Source: Candidatus Aminicenantes bacterium (GTDB lineage: Bacteria; Acidobacteriota; Aminicenantia; JAMOAD01). Taken from it: a stretch of DNA of 64,000 bases. The notes beneath the pieces are model-generated. The model made no database searches. It was given only the letters and a program-made list of their open reading frames with translations, and had not been told where the DNA came from. The DNA lies in contig JAMOUT010000101.1 in NCBI GenBank assembly GCA_027061995.1, positions 12,211 to 76,210 on the forward strand, read 5' to 3'. A program made the position numbers and the translations under genes. Positions 9,196 to 19,649 of the stretch are shown here, piece after piece. The stretch's first letter is position 1. Every line of letters begins with the position of its first letter.

Positions 9196-11510
9196 TGTCT
9201 TAATATGATATCATCTTTTCCGAATATTTTAATATTGATGCTTACAGGTTTTCCCTGATTCCCGTTCTCATCTATTATCTCTATCTTATGGATTCCCTGT
9301 TTAGCCGAATAAAACATTTTAAATCCTTTTCCTATGAATCTGTTATCCACAAACCAATAAACACTCATATCGGATTTAAGAGGGATTTTTCTCTTTTCAA
9401 TATTTGTGTTTCCGGGGAAAATAAAAACTTGTTTATCTTCGGGAAATATTATCTTTGCTGTTTTATAATTTGACACATCTCCGCATCTTCTATCCCGAGC
9501 GGGAAGTTTTTCAAGAAGAATCCCCCTTTTACGATACCAAAAGGCTATATCCGGAGGATAAACTCTGAAAATCTTTTCTTCGTAATCCTCCTTGTCATTC
9601 ATAACGGATGGACAAACTATTTTACCGGTTTTTTTGTCAATAAAAAATTTTTTATGATAGGGACATTTTTTTCGTGGAACTCTGTTTTTCAAAACCAATA
9701 CCTGTTTCAGATTCTTTTCCCCTTCGATGGGAAGCATCCCCGAATACCTGCAAACCTCTATCTTTATCAAATCATTGGGCTTTTTAAACCATTTCTCTCC
9801 TCTGCCTCTGTTTTTGAGAAAATTAAAAATCTCAAATAAAAGGGGGGTGGCTATCCTTGCTCCGACAATATCGGCTGAACTTTCATTGTCAAAATTGCCG
9901 CTCCAGACCCCTACGGTAAAATCGGGATTATATCCCACACTCCAAGCATCAAAATGGCCGTAAGATGTCCCGGTTTTCCATGCTATTATGGGGATATTTT
10001 CAATATATCTCCAGCTTTCGGGGAAATCAGGTCTCTGATGCTCTGACAGGATTTTCGAGATAAGATAAGTTGTCCCGGGGGAATAAATCTTTCTCCCTCT
10101 TAACCCCTTTTCCCCTTTCAGGTATCTTATATCATAAAGTTTTCCGCCGAGAGGGAAAACAGTGTAAGCTCTTGTAAGCTCGAGAAGATTGATACTGCAT
10201 CCTCCGAGAATAATGGATAATCCGTAATTATCAAATGATTTGAGAGAATTGAATTTTAATCTTCCGAGTAGATTATAAAATTTCTCAAGACCAACCTCTT
10301 TTAAAAGATTTACCGCGGGAACATTTAAGGATTGGGCGAGAGCTGTTTTTGCAGGCACAAGCCCTCTGTATATATCTTTATAATTCTTAGGAGCATAAGC
10401 TTTAAACTCTATGGGGATATCTTTTAAAAGTGTATCCGTGTTTAAAAATCCGTTTTCTATCGCAAAGGCATAGAGAAAAGGTTTGAGAGTTGAACCCGGA
10501 GAACGAAGGCTTAAGAACCCTTTTATCTGCCCTCCGTTTTTATCAAAATAATCCTGAGAGCCTATGATAGCTTCAAATGTTTTTTCTCTGTTATTTATCA
10601 CTACTACCGAGAGATTTTTCACCATAAGATTTTTTATGGATTGATAATAATTTTTTACTATTTTTTCAATCCCTTTTTGAGTATTATAATCTATTGTGGT
10701 TATGAGTTTTTTGTTTTTCGGGAATTTTGTTTTTAAAAAATCGGAAAAATGGGGAATATTAAAAGGTAAAGGTTTTTTTGAGGGAAAACTTTTTATCTTT
10801 AAACCTCTTAAATAATCTGCCCTGTTAAGTATTTTTTTTGATTTGAGTTTTTTCAATAGCTTTTTATAGTATTTGAAGATTTTTTTTCTGTTTTTCCCTT
10901 TTAAATTTAAAAGATTGGGATTTTTGGGGATGATGGTTAAAAGTGCAATCTCCTGAGAGTTAAGTGCTGTAACTGGTTTTCCGAAATATATCCGCGAGGC
11001 GGCTCCTATCCCCTCTATATTTGAGCCGTAAGGAGTTATATTAAGATATATCTCCATAAGCTTTTTTTTGGAATAATGAAGTTCAAGTTGGACAGCTCTT
11101 GCAGCTTCGATAATCTTTGACAATATATTTCTGTTTTTAGGCTCCATCATCCTTGCTATCTGCATTGTGATTGTAGAGCCGCCGGAAACAACTTTTTTTG
11201 CTTTTATATTATTGATAAAAGCTCTTACTATTGATAACGGATTTATCCCGAAATGATAGAAAAAATATCTGTCTTCGGATATGAGAAAGATCTTAATTAT
11301 TTTTTTCGGTATTTTGTTGTAAGGGATAAATATTCTTACTTTATCATCACCTGTCAGATAGAGTCTTGCGAGTTTACCGCTTTTATAATAAACAATCGTT
11401 GATTTTTCAGGGAAAAGTCTCTCTTTCGGCAAAGGAAAAATCCTGTCAAATAAAAACAAAATGAATAATAAAACCGCTATTATTAAAATCGGTTTTTTAT
11501 ATTTTCGCAT
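9192..11510 (-). CDS. pbpC: penicillin-binding protein 1C (GT51 transglycosylase + transpeptidase + PbpC C-terminal domain)
   Basis: N-terminal signal anchor. GT51 motifs (EDxxFxxHxGxxxxSIxRA). Transpeptidase region and C-terminal PbpC-type domain. Sits immediately downstream of the alpha-2-macroglobulin gene, as in the conserved yfhM-pbpC pair. Confidence 0.85.
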   Translation of the reverse strand: MRKYKKPILIIAVLLFILFLFDRIFPLPKERLFPEKSTIVYYKSGKLARLYLTGDDKVRIFIPYNKIPKKIIKIFLISEDRYFFYHFGINPLSIVRAFINNIKAKKVVSGGSTITMQIARMMEPKNRNILSKIIEAARAVQLELHYSKKKLMEIYLNITPYGSNIEGIGAASRIYFGKPVTALNSQEIALLTIIPKNPNLLNLKGKNRKKIFKYYKKLLKKLKSKKILNRADYLRGLKIKSFPSKKPLPFNIPHFSDFLKTKFPKNKKLITTIDYNTQKGIEKIVKNYYQSIKNLMVKNLSVVVINNREKTFEAIIGSQDYFDKNGGQIKGFLSLRSPGSTLKPFLYAFAIENGFLNTDTLLKDIPIEFKAYAPKNYKDIYRGLVPAKTALAQSLNVPAVNLLKEVGLEKFYNLLGRLKFNSLKSFDNYGLSIILGGCSINLLELTRAYTVFPLGGKLYDIRYLKGEKGLRGRKIYSPGTTYLISKILSEHQRPDFPESWRYIENIPIIAWKTGTSYGHFDAWSVGYNPDFTVGVWSGNFDNESSADIVGARIATPLLFEIFNFLKNRGRGEKWFKKPNDLIKIEVCRYSGMLPIEGEKNLKQVLVLKNRVPRKKCPYHKKFFIDKKTGKIVCPSVMNDKEDYEEKIFRVYPPDIAFWYRKRGILLEKLPARDRRCGDVSNYKTAKIIFPEDKQVFIFPGNTNIEKRKIPLKSDMSVYWFVDNRFIGKGFKMFYSAKQGIHKIEIIDENGNQGKPVSINIKIFGKDDIILRQ

Positions 11511-11513
11511 ATA

Positions 11514-14500
11514 TTATTTTATTATAAATCTCCCTTTATTATTCAAGCTTCTTTTCATAGGTGAATACATAAGCTCCCCTTTGACTGGCGGCAGAACAAA
11601 ATCACCTTTGCTGACAGCTCTTATGACATAATAGAAAAATCCCTGCTTTGCATTATAGTTTCCGAAAATCATCAATCTGTCATCCCTTATATCGGTATAT
11701 TCGGGGATAAAAGAGGGTTTGCCGAGCCAATTAATCGGATGCTCTCTTCCGATTCGCGGATTTTCTATCTCAAATCCTGCGGGGATTCTGTCAACTATGG
11801 CAAGATTATCCAATCGTCCCATAAAACTTGTGATAGTTAATTTTACCACTATAAGGGATGCAACGGTTGTTGAATATATTCCCCCTTCCGCGGGAATAGG
11901 GGTTCCGTCCATAGTATAATATTTTCTCTCTATATTAAATCCGTTTGAGATATTTTTGTAAAAACTGTCTTTTTTTCTTCCTGAAACCGTCAAAAACAGA
12001 TAAACAGGTTCACCTTTATTGATTATTTTAATATTCTCCCCATGATAATCGGCAATATTGTAAAAACCACCTGTTTTACCGATTTTCTTAACTGTTTTAT
12101 CATTAACCATTATCTCAGCATTAATATCCGATAATCTCTCTTTTCTTAGAATTTTACCCAAGCCGAGAACAGACCATACAAGCTCCTGAGTTGTATAATA
12201 ATATGAAGGTCTTTGTTTTAGCATTGCGACTATCTGTTTTGCATAAGTGAATTTTTCGGGAGAATCTGTTTCAGCCGTAAGATAGAGCCTGACAGCATAG
12301 CTCCTTAAAGATGAGCCATAGTATGAACTCATAAAATCCATTCCCGAATTTTCTTTGAGTATTTTCTTTCCTCTCTCATAATTTCCGAGATTTATGTATG
12401 CTCCGCCGATAAAAGCTCGTCCTTCAAGACTCATATATTTATAATAATTATCATAGTATGAATCAAGTTCTCTTTGGGTAAATCTACCGAGTTTTGTTAA
12501 AACATATATTGTATAAGCTGATCTATTGAATTGATAAATGTAATAATTGCCCTCTTTTTGTGCGGGTTTTTTGTATCTTATGGAATCTTTCAGATAATTA
12601 ACTCCGTTTCTTAATACAAAATCTGGGATTTCGTATCCGTTTTGTTTTGCTTCATAAAGAAAATGCATCGCATAGGTTGAACCCCAAGCAACTTCATAAC
12701 TGCCCCCTGGCCAAAATGTAAATCCGCCTGAAACAGTTTGCATTGATAGAACCCTGTTTATCCCCGCATCAACATATTTATATATGTTTTTATCTTTTAA
12801 AATATCGGGATTTATTGTATTCAAAATATCTTTCAGATACAACAGAGGAAATACGGATGAAACCGTCTGCTCTATACATCCGTAAGGATACCTTATAAGA
12901 TTTTGCATAAACCCGAGCTCTTTAATATATTCGAAATTGGATATTGAAAGATTGAGATTTACCCCCGATTTCCATTTTGTAAGATCAACGGGAACAGTAA
13001 ATTCTCCGTTTTCAATCTTATAAGAGTTTACTTCCTGCTCTTCAGGCATGGAATCCTTTATCGGGATATCAATCTTTTTGTCCACTTTTGTAGAATCATC
13101 GGAAGCAATAAGCTTAAATATTGCCGCCTTTTTATTTGTGTCCATAACTGAGAACATAAGATTAAATCTAACCGAACTATTCTTTTTTATCAATATCTTG
13201 GGTGGGAGTGAGGATTCGAGTTTGAGATTATCATTTGCTAACTTTAACCTGACATATTGTGAAGTCCCTTTATTATTGAATATTTCAACCGGAACCGTGA
13301 ATCTGTCCCCCTTTATGAGAACTCTCGGAAGAGTGGCTTCTATCGTAATATTATCTTTTATAAAAACCGTTTTTTCACCGTTTCCGAATTTTTCCCCTGC
13401 CGTTGCCACAACCATAACCCTTAATCTACCTTGGTAATTTGGAATTTTAAATTTAACTTCCCATTCACCTCTGTTATTGAGTTGTCCTATACCCGACCAT
13501 AATGATACAGGTTTTACCCTTCTTACGACAGGAGGTTTACCTTTTTTCATCACTCCTTCATCTCCGGAACCAGCTCCATTCCTTCTGTAATCTGAAAGAT
13601 CAGGCAAAAGCATACCGAACATATCGTATGTCCATGTTTCAAGCCTTCTTTTCCTGAAAAAGAATCCTACGGGGTCAGGGGTGGAAAAATCTGTTATTTG
13701 AAGTATCCCCTCGTCAACCGCTGCAATTGTTATATTAACAGGTTTTTTTGATTTTGTTTTAACTTTTATTAAAAGATTTTCTCCCGGTTTTACCTTTTCG
13801 GGAGTTTTTATATCTATTTTTAACAGATTTTTGTCGGGGATTATTTTCAGAGGGGCGGTTCCGAAAGCTCTCGAAGGAAAAGGATCATTATTATCGGTTT
13901 TCTTGATTATCAAAAGGGAGATATAAACATTGGGAAGATACATGTTTTTTCTGATTTTAATCTTAATATCCTGTTTTCCCCTCTTAATATCTTTCCATTT
14001 TGAATAAAGGAGCTCATTCCCCTCGACACTTATCAAAAGTTTGCCGTCAAAAGGTGCTGTAAAACCAACCTTTACTTTATCACCTACCTCTGCAACTTTT
14101 TTATCAAGGATAAGATTCATTCTTTCGGCTGGCCTGCTCCTCTTTTCCTCTCCTCCGATATCCCACCAATAAGTGGAAAGAATTGCATCCGTGATAGCAT
14201 CACCGTTTTTATCTTTTACTCTGATTCTGTATGTTCCCCAATTAGGGGTAAAAGAGATGTTGAATTTTCCGTTTGAACAATCCGTTTTTCCGCTGTCAAT
14301 CAATTCTTCATAACTCACCCTTTTATATTTTGATCTCCATTCATCTCTATCATAATAATATACCCAACTGTAATCTCTCTTATATATCTCAAAAACAAGC
14401 TTTTTATTCTCTTTAATCAATTTACCGTCGGAACTTAGGATAACCCCTTTAAGCTCGGTCTTTTCCCCGCTGCCGAGGTATCCTGCGGGAGTTTCTATCC

Positions 14501-16949
14501 CTATATATTCTTTAAAAGGTGAATAAATCGAAGAAACTTTCCTTAAAACACTTTTCCCGCTATCCCCTTCACAAACTTCACTATCCACTAAGATTTTCAT
14601 CTTCCCGGAATATTTTCCTGTCGGGATTGTAACCTTTACTTGTTTTTTACCGTTTTCATCGAGTTTACCACTCTCCTCATATATTTTGATTTGTTTAAAA
14701 TCGGATATTTCTGTCCCGAAAACATATCCCGAATAATTTTTAAAACTTGTTATAATCGGAACCATGTAAGCTGTTATTTTGAATTTTCCCTCTTTAACGG
14801 GAGGTCCGAAAAGATAGTTGGCTTTAAGCGTTATTTCGGGGGTTTCATCAAGTTGAAACTCTTTCTTATTAATCTCCGCTTTAAGTTTTATTCTTTCGGG
14901 GATAAAATCCTCAAGTTTTATATAATAATATCCGATTTGTTTGTCTCCGAGAAAACATCTTACCGGATATGTTCCTGTTTTATCATAATCAGAGAATGCT
15001 ATTTTCCATTCCATCATTCCGTTTGCATTAGGCTTACCTTTCAGGATTTTTTTCAGTTTACCGTCGGGTCTGAATATTTTAAGATTAAAAGTTAAATCAT
15101 TTACAGGTTTTAAATTGGAATCTCTTATTATTACGGCTATATTCGCTTTTTCTCCCGGGCGGAAAATATCTCTTTCCGAATATATGAATGCCTGATAACC
15201 GGATTCAGATTCATAAGGCGCTCCACCTGTATCATAATCCGAAACATCTATTTTGGAATAATCAGCATCAAGATATGTGAAATCATCCCCTTTTTCCGCT
15301 GTGATTAAAAGAAGTTTTCCCGTGGATTTAAGATTTTCAATATTAGTAAATTCAACCGAACCATCACTTCCCGTATATGCGGAACTTCTTATCTGATTAT
15401 TGATTGTAAGAAGAGATATTTTCACACCACTTATAAAATCATGATTTTTCAAATCAAGTGCCCAAACCTTAATGGTGTTTTTACCCCTTTTATATACAAG
15501 TCCTATATTTGTAAGATTCACCCAAATAGTATCAGAGTCATAACTATTGCCCGTCGGGAATATCTTTATCTCAAAAACCCCTTTTTGTTTTTCTCCCGTA
15601 AATTCTTTTAAACCAACACTTGTAATAATCTCTTTGTTTTTTGTTTTACCGAGAATTATATCCTTTTTGAAAATTTCGGATGATACATACTCATCTGCCT
15701 CTCTTTCATCTTCCCAATTGTTTTTATAATATTTTGCATACCAAAAAGATAGATTATTGGGATATATTTTTCTGATTATGATTCTCGCTTTTTCAATATT
15801 AACACTTTTTATTTTTACTATGGGATTATCCCCTTTCGGAAGGTATCTTCCTTTATAAAGAAAATTAAGTTCTTCCGAGAAATCGGGGACCTTAACAAAA
15901 AATTTCTCATCCTTGTCAATCTCTTTATTATCCGTTGATTTAAGACCTTTTTTTACCGTTATATTAAACTTTTCTCCGGGTTGAAAATCAGCGCTTATTA
16001 TCGCAAGTTTTCCCACTTTTCGAACGGAATATTTTATAAAAGGGGAAATACTAAAAAAGGAGGAAAAATCATTTGCTTTAATTTCCGATGAGAATCTTAA
16101 AAGAAGTGAAAATTTTTGATTTCTCTCTTTAAATTCATATTTCACGAGTTTAAAATATCCGGGTTCAATTAATTTCAAAGATTTAACGAATGTTTTCCCG
16201 AGAGTTAATTTATTGTTTTTTACGGTAAGTTCGGAACTTATTTTTAATATTAAGGGATACTTTGCTTTTATAATATAATCGGGAAGATTGGATATATTTA
16301 TGTAAAATATTTTATTATCTTCATTTGATGAGATTTCAAAAGGGAACTCTTTCCCCGTTTCATTATCAATGAATTTCAGAGATTCTTTCAGATTCTCACT
16401 GTCAACCGAATAATTGAAAGGTATCTCTATTTTAGCACTTTTATCATAATAATTTATTGAAATAACCGAGGGTTCGAGAACCTTAAAATCTTCAGTTGTA
16501 AAAAAGAAATTCTTAGTCTCCTTTAATTTTACTTTATCGGTTAAACTGCCTGTTAAGGCAACTCTGTATGTTGTGGCGGGTTTATACCTTTCTTCGGGGT
16601 AAAAAGCCAAGCGGGATGAGTTTTCCCAAAAGATGGAACCTCTGACCGGGGGGTAAAGTTTAATAGGAAAATCCCTTGTTATAAGTGTTCTGCCTTTGAT
16701 TTTTTTATTAACAGGGGTTGAAAAATCTATATATACTGGAACTTGTCCTTCGGAAGGGTTTTTAAGAAGAGAAAATTTAATATTCACTTTATCTTCAACT
16801 TTACTTTCTATATCAACAATCTTTGTGGTGGTTCGCACAATTTTTTCGATTTCACCTCCACTCTTTTTAAAAAGTTTCCCCTTAACAAAGAGAAAACCGA
16901 CTATCAAAATGATTATGATTGAGAATATTACTATATTTTTTTTGTTCAT
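11514..16949 (-). CDS. bacterial alpha-2-macroglobulin family protein (YfhM/ECAM-like) with thioester motif
   Basis: 1811 aa with an N-terminal signal anchor and large MG-domain architecture. Thioester CxEQ motif present as YPYGCIEQTV. Terpenoid-cyclase-like TED region follows. Confidence 0.85.
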   Translation of the reverse strand: MNKKNIVIFSIIIILIVGFLFVKGKLFKKSGGEIEKIVRTTTKIVDIESKVEDKVNIKFSLLKNPSEGQVPVYIDFSTPVNKKIKGRTLITRDFPIKLYPPVRGSIFWENSSRLAFYPEERYKPATTYRVALTGSLTDKVKLKETKNFFFTTEDFKVLEPSVISINYYDKSAKIEIPFNYSVDSENLKESLKFIDNETGKEFPFEISSNEDNKIFYINISNLPDYIIKAKYPLILKISSELTVKNNKLTLGKTFVKSLKLIEPGYFKLVKYEFKERNQKFSLLLRFSSEIKANDFSSFFSISPFIKYSVRKVGKLAIISADFQPGEKFNITVKKGLKSTDNKEIDKDEKFFVKVPDFSEELNFLYKGRYLPKGDNPIVKIKSVNIEKARIIIRKIYPNNLSFWYAKYYKNNWEDEREADEYVSSEIFKKDIILGKTKNKEIITSVGLKEFTGEKQKGVFEIKIFPTGNSYDSDTIWVNLTNIGLVYKRGKNTIKVWALDLKNHDFISGVKISLLTINNQIRSSAYTGSDGSVEFTNIENLKSTGKLLLITAEKGDDFTYLDADYSKIDVSDYDTGGAPYESESGYQAFIYSERDIFRPGEKANIAVIIRDSNLKPVNDLTFNLKIFRPDGKLKKILKGKPNANGMMEWKIAFSDYDKTGTYPVRCFLGDKQIGYYYIKLEDFIPERIKLKAEINKKEFQLDETPEITLKANYLFGPPVKEGKFKITAYMVPIITSFKNYSGYVFGTEISDFKQIKIYEESGKLDENGKKQVKVTIPTGKYSGKMKILVDSEVCEGDSGKSVLRKVSSIYSPFKEYIGIETPAGYLGSGEKTELKGVILSSDGKLIKENKKLVFEIYKRDYSWVYYYDRDEWRSKYKRVSYEELIDSGKTDCSNGKFNISFTPNWGTYRIRVKDKNGDAITDAILSTYWWDIGGEEKRSRPAERMNLILDKKVAEVGDKVKVGFTAPFDGKLLISVEGNELLYSKWKDIKRGKQDIKIKIRKNMYLPNVYISLLIIKKTDNNDPFPSRAFGTAPLKIIPDKNLLKIDIKTPEKVKPGENLLIKVKTKSKKPVNITIAAVDEGILQITDFSTPDPVGFFFRKRRLETWTYDMFGMLLPDLSDYRRNGAGSGDEGVMKKGKPPVVRRVKPVSLWSGIGQLNNRGEWEVKFKIPNYQGRLRVMVVATAGEKFGNGEKTVFIKDNITIEATLPRVLIKGDRFTVPVEIFNNKGTSQYVRLKLANDNLKLESSLPPKILIKKNSSVRFNLMFSVMDTNKKAAIFKLIASDDSTKVDKKIDIPIKDSMPEEQEVNSYKIENGEFTVPVDLTKWKSGVNLNLSISNFEYIKELGFMQNLIRYPYGCIEQTVSSVFPLLYLKDILNTINPDILKDKNIYKYVDAGINRVLSMQTVSGGFTFWPGGSYEVAWGSTYAMHFLYEAKQNGYEIPDFVLRNGVNYLKDSIRYKKPAQKEGNYYIYQFNRSAYTIYVLTKLGRFTQRELDSYYDNYYKYMSLEGRAFIGGAYINLGNYERGKKILKENSGMDFMSSYYGSSLRSYAVRLYLTAETDSPEKFTYAKQIVAMLKQRPSYYYTTQELVWSVLGLGKILRKERLSDINAEIMVNDKTVKKIGKTGGFYNIADYHGENIKIINKGEPVYLFLTVSGRKKDSFYKNISNGFNIERKYYTMDGTPIPAEGGIYSTTVASLIVVKLTITSFMGRLDNLAIVDRIPAGFEIENPRIGREHPINWLGKPSFIPEYTDIRDDRLMIFGNYNAKQGFFYYVIRAVSKGDFVLPPVKGELMYSPMKRSLNNKGRFIIK

Positions 16950-17158
16950 CTTTTACCTCCGAAAAAATATTATCAAAGAATATTTTCATTGTAAAGGGGA
17001 GGAATTTTAACCTCAAACCCCGGCACGGATTTAAGGAAGCCGTAACGACTACTCTGTTTCATAAACCCTCTTCCATCCGTTTAATCTCTTTCTCATTCGA
17101 GGTTTTGTTGTTAAAACCAAACACTTATATTTTTCTATTATTTACTATATAATATCAG

Positions 17159-19282
17159 ATGATGAAAAAGATAATCCTGTTTTTGATTTTACTTCTATCC
17201 GTCTATCTCTCCCTAAGTCAAAATCTTCCGGTTATTAAAGCCAAGCAATACAGACTGGATAAAAACAAAATGATTTTTGAAGGGGAAGTTATTGTTTCTC
17301 TTGATAAAATAAAAATATTTTGCAATAAACTTGTATATGATACAAAAACAAAGATAGGAATTGCTTCGGGAAATATTCAGGTTAAAGGTGATGATTTTTT
17401 CTTTAATGTATCGAGTTTAAAGTTTAATTTTGATAAACATAATTTTGTATCAAAGGATGTATTCGCATTAATTAAACCTGATATCTCCTTTAAAGCTGAA
17501 AAAGTTGAAAAGGTTAATAAGAAAAAATATATTTTTCATAAAGGATTTTTCACCACATGCACTCAGTGTAATCCGAGATGGAAAATAAAGTTAAATAAAG
17601 CTATTTATGTTGAAGATGATAGAATAGAGGTGATAAGCGCACTCTTTAAGATTAAGAGTGTTCCCGCTTTTTATCTCCCCTATTTTTATTATCCGATAAA
17701 AAGCAAAAAAAGAAAAACCGGATTTTTGATGCCTTTTGTCGGTTATTCGAGTTTTAAAGGGTATATGGTAAAAGAATCTTTCTTTTGGGCGATTAAAGAT
17801 AATATTGATTTAACCGTAAACGGGGAATATAACTCGCTTTTCGGAAAAGGGGTAAGCGGAGAATTCAGATCGGGAGATGCAAAAGGTAATTTTTTAAACT
17901 TTTCGGGAACATATCTAAAGGATGATAAAAATATAAATTATATAATAAAAGGTGGCAGTAAAATAAATTTTTCCGATACTTTATCGCTCTATATGAATAC
18001 GAATTTTAACAGTGGTTTGAATTTTATTCAAAATTATTCGGATAGTTTTAATTATGCTTTAACAAGAAATTTTTATTCCAATATCTATTTAAAAAAGAAT
18101 ATAAATAATTTAACAATCACTTTTTCTGCGGATCAAAGTGAAACTTTTTATTCTTATACCGACTCAACGAGAAAAATAAGACACTTACCGTCAGTGAGTA
18201 TTGATCTTTATAAAACAGAGATAATTCCCAAAACACTATACTTTTCTTTTAAAGCGGGTAGCAAAAATACGGGAAAATATACGAACGAGGATTGGTTATC
18301 CGTAAATAAGTTATATTTAAACCCCTCGATAGCCTTAAATCTAAAACCGACTCCATGGTTAACATTTGATTTTGATTATTCCTTTAATAATTACTTGTAT
18401 CTGAAAAGCTATGAAGAACTTAACGGGGAAAAAACAATTTCCGATAAGAATCTCTATTTTAACCAACATGAGATAAAAGCATCTATAATAGGTCCAATTT
18501 TTTTCAAGGTTTACGATACTTCCCGGTCAAATTTGTTTTACAAGATAAAACACACGATAGAACCCTCCGTTAACTATAGATATGTGCAACTTGTCGATGA
18601 AAAACCCATGATAATCCCCCTTGATTGGGAAGACTATTTTTTCTATTATAATCAGATTGATTTTACTATAACAAACAGAATTTATGCAAAAATTGATAAA
18701 GATACCCCTTCCAAAGAGATTATGAATTTCGGTTTTTCTCAATCCTATTTTTTAAATCCTTTGTATCAAAGACTATATTTTTTTCCACCTACAGGAGTTA
18801 ATAAAAAGGATATCAGATGGTCTGAAAAATCAATATTTTTAAGAATTAATCCGAGTTCTAATTTTTATCTGTCTGTTAATGGTTCTTATAATCAATACTA
18901 TAAATCATTTAGGAATCTGTCGGTTAGTCTTAATGCCAAAGATAGCAATGATATAATAAATGTTAATTATTCATACAACAGATTGAAAAGATTAAGACCT
19001 GATAATATTGTCGCTGCAATGGAATTTATGAGAGGTAAAATAGAGTTAAAGCCGTCCTTTCTGCCTATGGAATTTACAACCTTTGCGGATTATAATATTC
19101 AGACCAAAGAACTTTATTCCGCCGGAATATTCTTAAAATTAAAATTTCAATGTGTTGATTTTAATTTTCAAGTAAGAAAAAGGGGGTATATAACTATCGG
19201 CTCTGATACTCAGTTTCTTTTCAGTATTGGTTTCGGAACCATAAAACCCTCTGTTTCAACTATGGATAACCTTGACTTTTAG
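17159..19282 (+). CDS. lptD: LPS-assembly outer membrane protein LptD (OstA family)
   Basis: Signal peptide. N-terminal OstA-like beta-jellyroll region followed by a large aromatic-rich beta-barrel. Confidence 0.75.
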   Translation: MMKKIILFLILLLSVYLSLSQNLPVIKAKQYRLDKNKMIFEGEVIVSLDKIKIFCNKLVYDTKTKIGIASGNIQVKGDDFFFNVSSLKFNFDKHNFVSKDVFALIKPDISFKAEKVEKVNKKKYIFHKGFFTTCTQCNPRWKIKLNKAIYVEDDRIEVISALFKIKSVPAFYLPYFYYPIKSKKRKTGFLMPFVGYSSFKGYMVKESFFWAIKDNIDLTVNGEYNSLFGKGVSGEFRSGDAKGNFLNFSGTYLKDDKNINYIIKGGSKINFSDTLSLYMNTNFNSGLNFIQNYSDSFNYALTRNFYSNIYLKKNINNLTITFSADQSETFYSYTDSTRKIRHLPSVSIDLYKTEIIPKTLYFSFKAGSKNTGKYTNEDWLSVNKLYLNPSIALNLKPTPWLTFDFDYSFNNYLYLKSYEELNGEKTISDKNLYFNQHEIKASIIGPIFFKVYDTSRSNLFYKIKHTIEPSVNYRYVQLVDEKPMIIPLDWEDYFFYYNQIDFTITNRIYAKIDKDTPSKEIMNFGFSQSYFLNPLYQRLYFFPPTGVNKKDIRWSEKSIFLRINPSSNFYLSVNGSYNQYYKSFRNLSVSLNAKDSNDIINVNYSYNRLKRLRPDNIVAAMEFMRGKIELKPSFLPMEFTTFADYNIQTKELYSAGIFLKLKFQCVDFNFQVRKRGYITIGSDTQFLFSIGFGTIKPSVSTMDNLDF

Positions 19283-19325
19283 TGAATAATAGTGTATAAA
19301 TATTGACTTATAATAAATTAAAGAG

Positions 19326-19538
19326 GTGATATTAGTGGCTTATGTACAGGTAAAAGAAAATGAAAAATTTGAGTATGCTTTAAAAAGGTTTAAAAGAAAA
19401 GTTCAGCAAGAGGCTATAATCAAAGAGGTAAAAAAACACTCCATCTATTTAAAACCGGGTGAGAGAAGAAGATTAAGGAAACTTCAAGCATTAAAAAGAA
19501 TCCATAAAAAGATGAGAAGATCCTCAAACGAAGGATAA
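19326..19538 (+). CDS. rpsU: 30S ribosomal protein S21
   Basis: VAYVQVKENEKFEYALKRFKRK... matches the S21 consensus ([21 protein letters not shown]...). Basic C-terminus. SD AAGAGGTGA upstream. The true start is probably GTG at 19335 rather than 19326. Confidence 0.8.
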   Translation: MILVAYVQVKENEKFEYALKRFKRKVQQEAIIKEVKKHSIYLKPGERRRLRKLQALKRIHKKMRRSSNEG

Positions 19539-19649
19539 TTCCAATATAAATCAAAAATTAAATATAAATTAAGATTTTTTTATAGTTAAATCATCTATTA
19601 AATTAAAAGATTGTTTTAATTTTAAAAGTTTAAACAAATTATTATCGTA

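Noticed and set aside
16950-17158. Slightly GC-richer divergent region between alpha-2-macroglobulin and lptD as an sRNA
   Set aside because: Only a weak 4-bp stem (acgg/ccgt) could be found and no terminator. More simply explained as two back-to-back promoters and 5' UTRs.
19326-19334. ORF-track GTG start of rpsU at 19326
   Set aside because: The SD AAGAGGTGA overlaps this codon. Alignment to S21 begins at the next GTG (19335), so the annotated first three codons are probably not translated.
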